Positions 10,620 through 23,530 are shown, counted from the first letter of the stretch. The stretch: 64,000 nucleotides of DNA from Raillietiella orientalis (GCA_036172245.1 JAYWIR010000009.1:2480001-2544000); one strand, 5' to 3'. Numbers and translations: made by a program. Notes: generated by a model from the sequence alone, not told the origin.

Positions 10620-13600
10620 TAAATTATTGCCCCGAGTCCACTTAAAAGTCTTCTCTTTTCCATCTCTGACGTTAATTATATACATAGAGCATTTCTTTTT
10701 CATCACGTTTTTTTCACATGTATCCTTAAGGAGTTCAAAAGTTTAGGAAAGAATATCGTTTCCAACGCGCGCGGCACCTGGTTGCCATGTTCCCACCTTC
10801 AACAATGCCCTGCTTGATTTCGTTGCGTGGAAACCACCGTTTCCCACCACGACGCCGTGACAGCAAATGGCTCCTCGTTTCCACCTCTGACGCTGATTAT
10901 GTACGTGGAGCATCTTCTCTTTCCTAGCACTTTTTTTCAACACGTATCCTTTCAGGAGCTCGAAAGTTTAGGAAAGAAGCAGCCTGTCGTTTCCAACGCC
11001 CGCGGCACCTGGTTGCCATGCCTCGACCACCAACAATGCCCTGCTGCTTGATTTCGTTGCATGGAAACCACCGCTTGCCACCACGGCGCCGTAACAGCTC
11101 CACGCCCCGTCCAGGAAGCACAAACAGAGGGAGCCCGGTGAACTTTCACGCCTCGAATGCATCGGAAGAGGAGCCGCGGCTGCACCGTACCCATCGAGAT
11201 CCCGGCACACGCAAATCCCGACGAATATGGCACATTATCTCGGGAGAATGGAAAAGAGGTCAGTCGCGAATGGTCGAGGATCTCGCGAAGGAGCTTCAGT
11301 GGGCATCATTCATCTAGCTGACCCTCGAAATTGCTTATCTGTGTTCTTCCAGATTTTAAACACAGCAGCAAAACTCTTAAAAGAGGGCTACGTGGGTGCG
11401 CCGTGAGGGGAGTAGCGTGGGCTGTCCGCAACCCGGTCCTGCTCTGCTTGGAAGCAGATGGGGATTCCGCAGCCGGTGATGAAGCATCGCAAATGGCAGC
11501 GTCATTTATTCGGACGGAGGCCGAATTTTTAGGAAGAACCGAAAGTGGACGGATTCGCGAACACACGAACTCTGCCTATACTTCTTGAGCGCGGTTGTGA
11601 ACGCTCGGATATGGCGCTAATCGGAAATCTGCGGCACGAGGAGACTGCTGTCGCCCTACTTGCAGGCAAAGCATGGAATGTCCATGGGGACGTGCTTCGC
11701 TACTTGCGCACGTAAACAAAACAGGGGCAGGAAGGCAGGGCTCCATTTTCGAAGCGTCCCAGGAACGAGATTTGCAATTTCGAGCTGGAGCACTTCGTCG
11801 GCTTCGGGGATTCGGTGCGATCGAATTCGGGAGGCATGTTCCTCCACGTTTCCCCAAACAGCACGCTCAGCTTTTCTTTTTTTTTTTTTACCCGGAATCC
11901 TGGTGAAACGCACGACCCACCGTGCGCTCGACCTGCAACTGGAGCAGCCTCCTTTACGAGGTGAAGATCTTGGAATGAATTAAGCAGGCAGAGGCTTACT
12001 CTGAAAAGCGCATCAGAGAGTGAGCGTTGCCAAAGTACATGTCCGGTAACCGTGAGCGCTGGATTTGGACGGAGTAATAACGTCATAAAATGGCCTCCCA
12101 AGCATCCGAAATGCTCAGGCAAAGAGGGGGGGGGGGGGAGAGTAAAAAAAAAAAAAAAAAGAAAAAAAAATTTAGCGAGGAAAGATTTACTTTCCTCAAT
12201 AACTTTTCCTGAAGCATGGTGAGTCGCCGCTTTCATCGCCGAAGAAAGCACCCTGGTAGTTTTATGCGCGGAGGGCATACTGCGTTCCCCACAAACGCTT
12301 TCCTCATGAAGCATACCCATGAGACAAAGAAATTGGACATGGAACGTATAGCAGTCGCATTTGTTTTCCTGATTTACGGAGAACCCAACCGAACGGCGAC
12401 CTTTTCTTCTTCTTCTTCTTCTTTTAAATCAATTATCGGAACTCATTATTCATAGAGCGCTGCCGTCGATCTCTCCAAACACGAACCACCGGTCCACCGT
12501 GCGCTGTTACCTGAAGAAGCAACACGGCGAGATGGTGAAAATGGCTGCGCATCGGTTGTTCGGAAGCTGCAAGCACCAGACGGAAGTACTGACGGATCGG
12601 AACTTCGGAAGGTCCAAAGGAGCTTTCAAGCATCGGAAGTGTGCGACTTACTTTTTTTTTTTTTTTTGTTTGTGAGAGCTCGCAAGACGGAACTCTTCTT
12701 GGAATGGATGGTTAGTGGAGGAGAGGCACCCGCCTGAGCACGGGCGGAGGTGAGGTGTCACTTGAATTGGAAACGACTTGTGGCTCCGGAGGCTGATTCC
12801 CCGCTAACAAGGGAATCCACACAGCTCAGGAAAAACCGTGTTTACACCGACTGACAGTTCGGAAGCCCGAAAGCTTCTCCGGCTTTGTCTCAAGAGGCAC
12901 TTCGAACGTCTGTTTTAAAATTCGTCTGCCTCGAAGATGGATTCGTTTCGGTTTCTACCTGAAGCGCTGCACGTGAACTGACTGCACGAAATGGCTGCAC
13001 GTGAATTCTGGTTCCCTTTTCAGGAAGGATAAAAGCTTCTTCGAGGATCTCGAAAGAGATCGCTACCATCCGATAACCCAGGTTTTCATGCAGTGATGGG
13101 TTTCGAAAGGAACTGGGGCAACGCTAGGTCTTATCTAAATGGCAGTACGAAAAAGTGCCGTGGCCATGCTGAGGAGGCAAGTCGAAATACTTTCGAGATG
13201 AAGGTCTTCTTTTTTTTGTTGTTGCTTGGTTTCTTCCCAATGGCTGCTTTCGCCGCCGTCAACGGGGAGACGCTTCCAGGCTCGTCTTCGGCACCGATTC
13301 TCGGAGTGGTTGCAATCAAAACGCATTTACGGAAATCCGTGAATCCCAAGCGTGAGATGGGTAGAAAAAGACGCACTGGAAGAGGGATGACAGTGCAGCA
13401 GGAACACGTGACTCTTTCCGTTCAAATTACGGGCAATCCAGAATGCGCCTGCAGGCGATCGAAAAACGTGTCGTATGAGGCAGCTCTGACATGGTCGGAG
13501 GGAACGCCCTGGACCACGCAGATCCCAAGAGCCGAACGCGTGAGACCTGACACGGAAACGAAAGCGCTGCGAGAGACCGTCATTCCATTTGATGGGCCCA

Positions 13601-13920
13601 CTCGAATCGGCAGGCGCTTCGCCTCCTGCATCCGCGGACGCGGAATTCGGCTGAAGAGATTACGACCGGCACAAGAGGGGAGGAGGGACGACTTTGCGGA
13701 ACTGCTGGAAGAATTTGCAAACACCATTCGTTCGATTCATACCCATTTCATGTAGTTCATGTACACGGTTGATAAGGTACGCAATGGGAGCTGTGCGGAA
13801 GACACCGAAAAGGAGCACTGCGCGACAGCTCTCCCGGAAAACACCAAGGTGGACGTTAGTAAAAGAGAAGGCACGGAATCGGTAGTGCTTCGATACAACA
13901 GCAAACGAATGCGGCAAACG
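10620..13920 (-). mobile_element. Near full-length, heavily decayed Utopia/NeSL-like RLE non-LTR retrotransposon
   Basis: Colinear motifs: zinc finger HELHEMGMNRTNGVCKFFQQFRKVVPPPLLC; HPFQEEF (~QKGF); SFGPSEVP (~AFGSVP); AAESPSASKQSRTG (~ASSHFLRTG); REILDHSRL...RDNV (~HVLNHC...RHN); FLD...GGFHATK (~IDV..PF..AF.AAR); GTWQP (~GSWDP); RWKREDF (~RWSRDIY). Confidence 0.55.
10657..11102. repeat. Diverged tandem duplication, two units of ~221 bp
   Basis: tttccatctctgacg at 10657 and tttccacctctgacg at 10878. Shared blocks aagtttaggaaagaa, cgtttccaacgc.cgcggcacctggttgccatg, caacaatgccctgct and tgatttcgttgc.tggaaaccaccg. Confidence 0.93.
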
Positions 13921-14959
13921 TGAGCGCGCTTACTTAGAGCGGTCGTGCATCCCGAGTCGCTAGGCAACAAGCATGAAATTCCGATGGCATGCCTTCCAAA
14001 CTCTGCGTTTGTTAGGACAGCGTAATTGGCCATGCGTCGGGGCTAAGGAGACGGGCGAAACCTCGGTGGCGGATCGGTGAAAGGACCACGGGCAGCGTGC
14101 GGATTGGGGGTGGCGGCGGGATGCCACTCCCAGCGCCACATGTACGATTCCGGAGCACGTCCGTCGGTGCGAAGCGCTCCCGAGCATCTCGCAGGGCGTT
14201 CGACCCGAGGGCCGCAAACTTCCTGATGATTGCCGCGGGAGGACCCCGCCTAAGCCTTCCACGAGCCGGGAGGAAAACCCACGGAGAAGAGGGAAGCCCC
14301 ACGACGGGGGATCCGCGCATCGGGGACCGTTGTCACGGCTCAAAAAGTTGCTGCTTCTTCGTCCTCCCTCGGTGGGCATCTGCACAAGTCGCTCAGACAG
14401 CGACGATTGCCTGATTGATTTTAATAGCGCTGCAAGAAAACTTACGCACGGAGCGCATTGCCCATTAAAAGGCACGAAACACGAACTTCGTGCTCCGAGG
14501 GAAAACATCACGTCGCGCGATGCAATTTCCAACGTTCCTCTTAATTTCGTATTTGCTGCTCACTGGCGCTCTCATGGGGATCCAGCGACGGTTGCGTTGG
14601 AAATTTCGTTTGGGCTTTTTTTCCTTTTGAGGTGGGGAGGGGGAGAACCTTTCTTCGCCACTTGGGTTAGCACTCCGAAAATCAATTAAAACCAAAAAAA
14701 AAAAAAAAGGCGCGGAATTTTCCGAGTCCCTACTTTCGGTAACGAGCACGGGAATTTTCCGGATTTCACTGCCCCCCCCCCCCTTCCTCTTCCGCTCTTA
14801 CTTGAGAAGAATTCAAAAGCTCGCTAAACGGTCCATGTGATGACCATTAGGAGATTTACGGCTGCGTTGTCAAGCTCTACTTACTTCCTCCCGACCATTC
14901 CGCGTGTCCTCACGAAACCGGCAAGGAGGGGGGGGGGGTTCGGGACGAGCGGTCCTTCG

Positions 14960-15300
14960 TCGGCGCATCATCGCAAGTGGGCGCAAGCGCAGGTGAAATC
15001 GCTTCCCGGAAACTCCTGCCTATCCGAGGCTTCCCGCTTTTGCCTTCGAGAAACGTGGTTTTCGGAAACACTTGCTGTCAAGGCTGTCCACCGTGCAGGA
15101 AGGGGGGGAGAGGGATGCAACCCTCCTCTCGCCTTAGGGACAAGAATCGTTCGACTTTCGGCAAAGCAATCCCTCAACGGGTTTTTTTTTTCCGGGGGCT
15201 GGGGAGGGGTGGCTGAAGAACGAATAGAGTGGCGAACCGTTTCCTCATTCGGAGTCAACTCTTCCTCTTTGCTTGCCTCCTGCCTGTGGCGTGCTGCCGA
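14960..15300 (-). mobile_element. R2-superfamily RT fragment (subdomains 0-2)
   Basis: ELTPNEETVRHSIRSSATPPQP (~T..EV...L...TAPGP), FAESRTILVPKARG (~WK.SRT.LIPK.G), ENHVSRRQK (~S..QKGF). Confidence 0.5.
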
Positions 15301-17349
15301 GCTCCGGAACGCCCACGGAACACATCGCGCTTCCCCTTGGATTCGCGAACACGCCCGCCGAGACCGAGAGCCGCAGAACCTTTGCAAAAGAACGTTTCCT
15401 GCTGGTCGACCTCGACAAGGGAGAGGCTGACACGGTCCTCGAACACGGCCGAACGCTCGCGGCGTGCAAGAAAAACACAGATAGGGGCGTGGGCCGGAAG
15501 CTCCTTGGTTTACCGTGTTCCGAGATTTCCAGAAGAAAAAAAAACAAAGGTGGTGCACCAGGCGTCCGTGTTAGCCGAAGCACGCACTCTTCGAGCCCAG
15601 CATCCCATCCCTCTTCGAGGTTCAAAGGGCGCGGACCGTCTTCCTGGGTTGCTCTGTTGGTCGTGCGTGAGACCATCGCTCACCCCCTGCGGGAGAACCC
15701 GCCGAGGTGCTCCCACGCTGCGTCTAAAGGCGACCGCACTTCGACCCTCCTGCCGACGCGCTCTGGCACCGACTCGGCACACCGCCGGAAGCGATCTTCC
15801 CCATCGGGCTGCAGAGTGGCGTCGCCAACCCGGCCTCAACCGGTGCCTCGTCCGCAGCCTGTAGGGCCAACCAGCGTCACTCCTGCTGGGGAAAGAGGGA
15901 GGAAGAGGGGGCACTCGATTTCTCGGTGCGTCCATCCTTCGCCCGGGCAAGATTGGAACCCGCGACGTTCGATACCACACGAGGAGGAGGCGGCCGCCAG
16001 AGCGGACACGCGAACGGAAAACTGGTCAGGTGTGCCACTCGTGGTCGCCAGCAGCCACAGACCGCCCGAACCCCAGACGGAAAAAGGGGGCCGCGGCACG
16101 CACATCGAGTGTTGGGGGACCCTTGGTTCTTTGCACCTGACACGGTAGAGGGGGGGCAGCCGCGTGCGCCCGATCCGCTATCGCGGAAGACATGGCTCAC
16201 CCGTCGCCATCCGTCGCCGCGCCGACTCGGATGCTCCGAACGTCTTCCCGAGGGAGCGGGAAACGAAGCGGAGCAGGAGCGGTCGCGGAGGGGGTGCGCT
16301 CTGACGCGCCCCCCTTACTTCCTCCGAAGTCCAGTGGCCGACTAGGCGGGAGCGGAAGGCGCGTGCTTGAAATCCGGGGAGAACGCCGTCAGAATCCCGG
16401 AACCTTCCCCCCTTCTTTTCGAGTCCAAGAAGGGGGGTTGCCGCCGCTCTCGACTCAATTAAATCAGCGAGACGGACAGGCCGTCCTTCCAGATTACTCG
16501 CCCTGTTAATTGCAAGAGCAATAAAAAAACGCCCGAGTAAACCGAATTCCGCGCTTTGGCGTGGCACGGAGCGCGCGCGCGCGCCAGGAGGGTTCCAGCG
16601 GCCCCCCGGGTGACGAGATAGAAAAAAACAAAACGCGACGGGGAGGAATTCCGCCATCCCCCTTCGGGAGGAGGTGCGCTGGGTCATCCGACGGGGAAAA
16701 GGGGAGGTTAGGGGGGGGGAGGGCAAACGCGCGTTCTCCTTCCACCCCCGCCCACCCACGTGCCTTCCGAATACGCACCTAACCAAAGCGAGCGGCGTCG
16801 AGCACCACACCCGCATCCTCCTCTCCGGGAGAGCGGGAGAGCCACCACTTGCCGAACGGGGGAAACACACCACACGGTTCGGGGAGGAGAGGGAGCCACC
16901 ACGGGAGGGAAGGGGGAGAGGGCAACAACAACAACCAAAAAAAAAGGAGGAACCGTTACCGAATCACTCCTTTCCGGGCGTCTCCCATATGCTCCTAGAA
17001 ATCCATCAGAAGACACGAGCACTGAGGGGTCACGTTCGCGCCTCGGGGAGATGCTGCCGCGCGGCTGTCCCGCCGCGCATCGCCTCTTTCCACCAGGCAA
17101 AAGAGCACGCAGCGCCCACTCGGAATGCGGACGAGCGACTGGCGCTCGCTGTCCGACGCAGCGCCGTGGCAACCCGCCGCGCGTCGCCAAGACAACCCGC
17201 CGCGCGTCGACGATGGGACGCACTGAGCGGGCGATAGGAGGAACGACTTCCTTTATCTCCTCCTCCTCCCTTCGGAGCTTCCCGACTCGCATGCCGGGAA
17301 ACGGGAAGGGGAGGAAGGCGAAAAAAAAAAAAAAAAAAATGATTCACAC

Positions 17350-17900
17350 AAAATGCTTTATTGCAACACGTCGTAAACAAATCATTACAGAGTTCTTATC
17401 CCTGATCCCGATTATAAATCTCTCCTCGGGCTGCCGGGGAATCCGATTTCAGCAACCGCAGGAACGGCAGTGCGCGATCCGACGTTCCCTGTGGAAGACG
17501 GGGTGAGCCTCGCTGGGAGAGCAGGCGAAAGAAAGGAGGCCTGAGGGCGCGCTCGAGCGCGTCCCCGGGGGCTGAGGCAGGGGAGCGGCCGGGTTTTATT
17601 TTTTGTGACTCACAGCGAACAGGACTCCAGGAGGAGCCACCCGGTTCCACTAGCCAGGCGGCAGAGTCCGCAAGCGATGAGCGTGGTGGCGCCCGGCGTG
17701 GACCGAGGTTTTCGCCGGGACCTCATGCCGATCGGGAGCCGCTGCTGCGTCCTGGACGGAGAGGCGCGTCGCCCTCGGCACGATCCCCCACCCTCCGCGA
17801 AGGATGGATGCCGCCTCGCCGTTTCCAAGGTGCTCGAGCCAAGTCGCCGCATTCGATTGCGGAAGATCGAAAGACAAGGGAAACAGCGAGCCTTGTGAAG
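17350..17900 (-). mobile_element. Utopia-like 3' end (zinc knuckle/RLE C-terminus)
   Basis: FLRLLKSDSPAARGEIYNRDQG* resembles the ..KL..SD.IRWSRDIY.EH..G terminus. Upstream ARRHPS (~RRHN). AATAAA shortly downstream on the minus strand. Confidence 0.45.
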
Positions 17901-18069
17901 ACCAGGAACATCAACTGGACCATCCCTCGTTCCTCCTCACATGCAAAAGTGGATGAAAACTCCGCTTCCGATCTCCCAGGTTCATTGGAAGCATGCCGGG
18001 AGGCGTCTGGGGATTTTTTTGCGACTCGCCGCGGACGGGGCAGAGCTCCCCATCGGCCTTTTCCCTTAG

Positions 18070-18285
18070 ATCTTCCTTCGTTCCCTGATGGGGGGGGGGG
18101 ACCCTTGTTGCTAAGGGAGCAGTTTCTCTCGGTTTGCCTGTTTCATTTCGTTGGGCAGACGCTCCGGCGTCACCGGACGGCAACTTTTTCCCTCCAGGCG
18201 GGCACGAGCTTCGACGCGATGACCACCGTGCGCCGTGACGCCATGCGGTTCACAGCGACAGTCGAGGGGCCGCGAGCTCTGGTCG
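18070..18285 (+). repeat. Direct repeat copy 1 (CR1/L2-like RT fragment)
   Basis: Matches 19567-19765 (gggagcagtttctc, ggcaactttt(t)ccctccaggcg, ttcgacgcgatga, cagcgacagtcgagg). FPDGGGGPLLL resembles GVPQGSVLGPLLF. Confidence 0.75.
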
Positions 18286-18529
18286 AGGCTGGAAATGGCA
18301 TCCAGGTTCAGATGCGGAAGAACTTCTTGGAGCACGAAATTAAGAGATTCGTGATTCCATCCCTGTGTGCTTTCCACTGGATGAATGTTCCAGCCTGAAA
18401 ACAAAACAAAAAAAACAGTAAGGACAGATGGGACCGGAAGATGGGAAGCACAGTTTCCATCCACTTTTGCACGTGAGGAGGAACGAGGGATGGTTCAGTT
18501 GATCTGCTGCCTTCCCGCAAAACAGGGAC

Positions 18530-19215
18530 GACAGGCAGCAGGAAGCACCGGAGTCCTAAGCTGCCACTCTGGAAGTGCCACCAGAGGAATGCCTCAGCTG
18601 CGAATATTCATGTGCGAACCTCTGGGAGATCTTCTGCAGGACTGGACGCGGAGGTCCTCGATAACCACCACACCCCTTGCAGCGTCAGTCTGCCCTCAGG
18701 GCAAACGACGACAGCTACCAGCCGGCGGCGTGGGAGTTGTCACGCAACATCGCAGGAATCAGGAAACTCCCCGACAGCTGCAGACGAGCGCGTTGGTGGA
18801 CGGCGCCTCTACTCGTTTCCAGGCAACGAGATTCCTCCGCTGGAGCGACCTCTTTCTCGGTGTTCCCCCCCGAAGAACTCGCAGAACAGTGGAAACCACA
18901 GGATGTCCTGCTGCCTCTGCACTGAGGATAATCCGGTGCAACCAGCTCAGGCACCTGGTTTCCGGAAGCGTTGACTCCTCTCTGAACTATTGGAGGCGCG
19001 ATAGTTCCCGCACCTGCTGTTGGGCTGCTGCGGCGCCCTCCGGGACTTTGACATGGGTCAGCCTCGGCACTCTTCACCCTGAGGGCACTGCCAAAGACCT
19101 GCCGCGGCGGTTCTTCGCGCATGGCGGACTCTCGGCTGGTGCAGTGACGGCGACGGCGTGTGGCGTCCGCACCATCATCATGGACCATCGTGTCTTGCAG
19201 AAGCCTACATGAGGG
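18530..19215 (+). mobile_element. Utopia/R2-like RT fragment (subdomains 4-7 and thumb)
   Basis: SGSATRGMPQLRIFMCEPL (~GVKQGCPLS..FNL.MEPL), FPGNEIPPL, FLGVP (~YLGVP), APGFRK (~LAPWQK). Confidence 0.5.
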
Positions 19216-19566
19216 AGGCTGCAATGTGACTTCGCCTGGAAGAAATGAAGAAGGAAATCGTCGGCATCCAGCTCTCGTTTGAAGAGAGCTAGGAACAAAG
19301 GACAACGATGACCCTTGTCCCCATCCTCCCTTTACTTCTTTCATTTCCCCCCTCTCCCACTCGTTCCTTTCGGTAGAACTGGGCGTGGTAGGGCTACATG
19401 CCCTATCGTCATAGTTGTGAGTTGCAATAAACGCTCCGCCATGAGAGAGTGGCAACGCCCACTCGCTTCGGACTCTTCCCGGTTTTTCAAGAAGGAACGA
19501 GACCAACCAAAGACACTCGTTCCCACCGCCCACGTTTCTTCTTTGCCCCCTTCCTCCCGTTCTCGA

Positions 19567-19765
19567 CCTTCCTTCGTTCCCTGGCAAGTGGCTCTCGTTG
19601 CTTCGGGAGCAGTTTCTCCTGGTTTTCGTGTTTTCGTTGAGCAGACGCCCCTGCGTTTCCGGGCGGCAACTTTTCCCTCCAGGCGAGCGCAAGCTCCTTC
19701 GACGCGATGATCACCGCGCGCCGTCACGCCACGCGGTTTGCAGCGACAGTCGAGGAGCCACGAAC
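19567..19765 (+). repeat. Direct repeat copy 2 (CR1/L2-like RT fragment)
   Basis: Diverged copy of 18070-18285. Confidence 0.75.
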
Positions 19766-20842
19766 GGCGTCCCTCGTCCACGTTTCTCATTCGTCGTCGT
19801 AACAACTCTTGAGGCTGGGATCCGTGCGGAGCGGCTGCCCGCGTGCCTGTTTGCCTGCTTCCTCTCTAGAAGCCGCTCCCGTCAGTTTCCACCACCGCCG
19901 TGAATCGTCCGCGCCGGCGTCGCGGGGTTTCGTCACGTCGTCGCCTTCGTCGTCGTCGGCGCACCTACAGCGAAGTGTTTCTTCTTTTTCTTCCCTTGCT
20001 GCACCGGGACGCATGCCCACCTCTTGGCCGGGACGTGTCCACCCACCCGGGCCGCGATGACCCCGCGCAAATCACAGGCAGACTGGGTGCTTGCGCCATC
20101 GCATGTCATCATCGTGAGTGCGAGCTCAGCCTCCCGACTTGGCGGAGAGATGCTTTCGACAGGCCGGAGGAGAGGCACTTTTGTCGCGCGCGTTTCTCTT
20201 CCCGAGTCGTTCCTTGAAAGCATCTCCACGAGGGACGAAGCGCCGTCATCCATCACGAGGAATTGCAGCTCCCCGTCGAAGGACGAGACGTGCTGCGGAG
20301 GGAGGCTGAGAAGTTCAGGCAGCGAAAGAAAAAAAGAAGAAGAAAATCCCTCAAGATTCGTGAGCTCCACTCGTCGCCGCTGCTGCGTGTGCGCACTTCG
20401 TACGTTTTCGCGCGCGCGCGCTCACACACGTCTCTTTGGCGACTGTTGTGACAGGCGTGCGTGCGCCGGCCTCATGCACGCGGGTACAGAGCGAATTCGC
20501 AGCTTCCTGTGTTTGCACGCGGGGCATTTCGGGTGTCTCTCTGAAAAAGAACGCCTCCGTCCCGTGACGAAACCCCCGTCGCCCGCACTCGCGCGCATCA
20601 CTTCGGTGCCAAGAAGCGAGAGCGCGCGCTGCAGGTCACCCCGGGGTGCGTACGTCTCGCAGGCGTGCGGGAACGAGAGGAAGCCTACCTGTTCCAGAAA
20701 ACCCTCTGACAAATTCCTCCGCGAAGTGATCCCGTCGTGGATCGCTGCTCTCAGGAAAAGGAACGACACGGTGCAGCTCGGTACGAAAGTGCTAGGCAAC
20801 GCAAAGCATGGGGTTTCCAGGGGAAGAAAGAAGGGGATCCTG

Positions 20843-21518
20843 TTTGTCGTCATTCTCAGAGGTAACGACCCATCTCATGGAAATAAGGAACAAATGGGAG
20901 GAACAAAATTGCGTCGGTGGTTTAGAGCACACGCGTTCCCATGTCGCTTCTTTCTACGTAGTCACCATTTTATTCCAGACACTTCTGACGCTTTTCTCAG
21001 CCCTCTGCGTTGAATTCCGCCGTCCGGGAGTTCAGGCAGTTCAGCGGCACTGCAGTTTTCAGCTCCTCACTTTCCCCCCTCTAATCGTTGAGCCACTTCC
21101 TGAGGTGCAGGAAGGAAGGCGTGGTGGTCACTGGGCAGGACTGCAAGGTGGGTGATCAGAAAGTTCCCATTGGAATTCCCGAATTGTCTGGAATGTGAGG
21201 ACAGCATGTGTTGCCAAGGTACGCGTTGTCGTGCAGGAGAACGACCATTCCAAACCTCAGCATTCCACGTCGTCTGTTCTGGATGGCACGCCGCAGTTTC
21301 GAAAGCGTTTGTTTCAAGGTCCACAAAGTCAACCAAAAGCACTCCCTTTTAGTCCCACACGCTGCTGTTGTCCGCACATTTCAGACAATAAAATGGTGAC
21401 TACGTAGAAAGAAGCGACATGGGAACGCGTGTGCTCTAAACCACCGACGCAATTTTGTTCCTCCCATTTGTTCCTTCTTTCCATCCGATAGGCCCTTACT
21501 TTTCAAATGCCCCTCGTA
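20843..21518 (-). mobile_element. Internally deleted mariner (Tc1/mariner) element with long inverted termini
   Basis: Right end reads TACGAGGGGCATTTGAAAAGTAAG on the minus strand. About 98 bp near-perfect inverted repeat (20877-20974 / 21387-21484). Transposase remnant LRRAIQNRRRGML..VVLLHDNA and HLAVLPSDHHAFL (~PDLAPSDYHLF). Left boundary approximate. Confidence 0.9.
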
Positions 21519-21779
21519 TAGCGTTTGGATTTTCATGTGCGAACCGATTACTTGTGTATGTTTACGAGCGGATGATCTAATTTGATCTGACTGGAAGCAG
21601 ACTCCGTGTGCGCATTCCGTGTCACATGAGCAACACGGTAGATCGATGGCGCTCGTACCGAGGTGTGCTCGTGTCACGCTTGGCACTTCGTACCCTGAGC
21701 CTGGTGGAATCTTGTATTCTAATATTATCGTAAGGTCAACAGAAGTACATTTTGTAGCAGCAGTTGAGTTTTGGATTGA

Positions 21780-22760
21780 GTGCGGAAGCCCGTAGTTGAG
21801 ATTTACGGTTTTCAGTTCGCTCATCGGCTCATTGCCACCTTGCCGAGACGACGACCCCTTGCGGATGACTCGCGCAGGCGTCGGATGAAAGCAGCTGCAG
21901 GAAACGTCCCAAGTCCTAGCAATAGTTTCGACGAAGATGAATCCTGGCTATTCGAGTTTCATCCCGACGATAAGGCCACTGCGTCTTGGCTCCGGATGCT
22001 GTGTTACCTGCGAAAAAAAAATTTCGCGGGTCCTCTCCTCGGCCGTCTTTCCGCTCTTAACTCGGCAGAGCTCGATCCGAGCAAGATGCTGAACCGGACC
22101 GAACCTACCAGTGAAATCCAGAAAACAAAGCTCGTCAGTTCCTGATCCCTGCTTTCGTTTTCCGCCTCCCTCTTCCTCGAAGCAAGCAAAAATTCCCTGC
22201 CTCCGGCTGCCGCCCAGTGGCTTCGAGTGCAACATCCGACGAGCAGCGGAACCTTCTCATAAGCGCCTCTGCTGGCCGCGTCCCAGTTGCCGTCTCGGAG
22301 GCTTGGATGTGGGTTTTGATTCAGGATAATCCAATTTCGGGAACCGATGAGGGATGTTCTCACACGGCAGGGAGCGCTTCCGGAGTCACCTTGGCGACTC
22401 CAACACAACCGAGGGGGGATCCCAGAAGGTCAACTTGCATCAGACCACTCTTATTGCATGCTCAACCTCCTACCAAGTGCACCAACAGCTTTCTTGCATT
22501 TTTGTTTGGCGATCAGAGTCCTGGCCGGCGTGAGGCTGTCGACGGAAACCACGGTGTTAATCAGTAGCTTCACTCTTCCTTGCCAAGCTGTTGCTCAATA
22601 CGCTCCTAAACGCAGCACCTTCCGCTGAAAGCCAGGCAACCCATCAGGAGCTGATTTATGCATCCGACGCACTTTGATCCAGGATCCCAGCGGAGAACTC
22701 GTTCGAGGTTTTGCGTGAAGCCTTTCTGCGCACCTCGGTCCCTCAAGAGCGAGCAAACAG
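21780..22760 (+). mobile_element. Utopia-like 3' fragment (post-RT, RLE)
   Basis: Weak colinear motifs: PCFRF..SKQAKIPCL (~WRFIH.ARLN), CIRPLLL (~LRPDLV), VLREAFLRTSVP (~SRDIY.EH.TG). Confidence 0.35.
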
Positions 22761-22779
22761 AGGACATACAGGAGCTACG

Positions 22780-23530
22780 GCGGCGCTGAAAAATCAGGGC
22801 TGCCAGCGATCGGCTGCGACTTTTTACCCCGAGGCCACGTTCGAGAGGGTCGGGTCGGTGTCGACCGCGTCCATCCTAAACATCATCGGGGTGCGAGCTG
22901 CGCTTCGACCCGTTCGTCCGAAGTCAGGACGGAGCAATCCCCGCCTTCGCCACCGCTTCGGCTTCCACGTGGGGTCGTGGGTCACCTACCTCTGATTGGA
23001 ACCGACCTTGCGCTCCAGACGGAACGGCGGATCAGAAGAAGGCGATGCTGCGCAGCTCGCCCGGCGCCCTCGCGATCAGGAAGCTCAAGATTCGCTCCCG
23101 TTCCCTCCTTCCGAGGAAGGTGCCCCAGAAGAATTTTCGGTTGGCCTGAAACGGAACCCACAGTGGTGAAATATGTCCTCGGTGGCAGATTCTTGCACTT
23201 CTTTTGCTCTGTAGGTCTATTTTTAACCGTGGATTCGCCCGGAGAAAAATGATGATTTAAACAGAAACGGACATGTTGGCAGTAGGCACGTAGGTTTGAT
23301 TTCACTTCGAAGACTCGAGTCCTGGTGTTCTTCCAAACATCAGTTGTCTTTGCGGTGTGCTCGCGTTCGTCAATTTCTGGCACCAGAACCGCTTGCGCGT
23401 GAGGCGGCTTGCCGTTCCCTTTGAAGCAGATGTGACCGGCGCGGCTGTTCCCTTCCATCGAAACGGCCAAGAGTCCGGCAGCTTCATCCAATCCGTAGGA
23501 TCCGATTCGCTGGGTCCAGCATCTCAATTA
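22780..23530 (-). mobile_element. R2-superfamily RT fragment
   Basis: VWKNTRT (~WK..T), TTVGSVSG (~AFGSVPH), SVPIRGR (~PIPI..GVKQG), CSVLTSDERV (~SVLAYADDLV). Confidence 0.5.
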
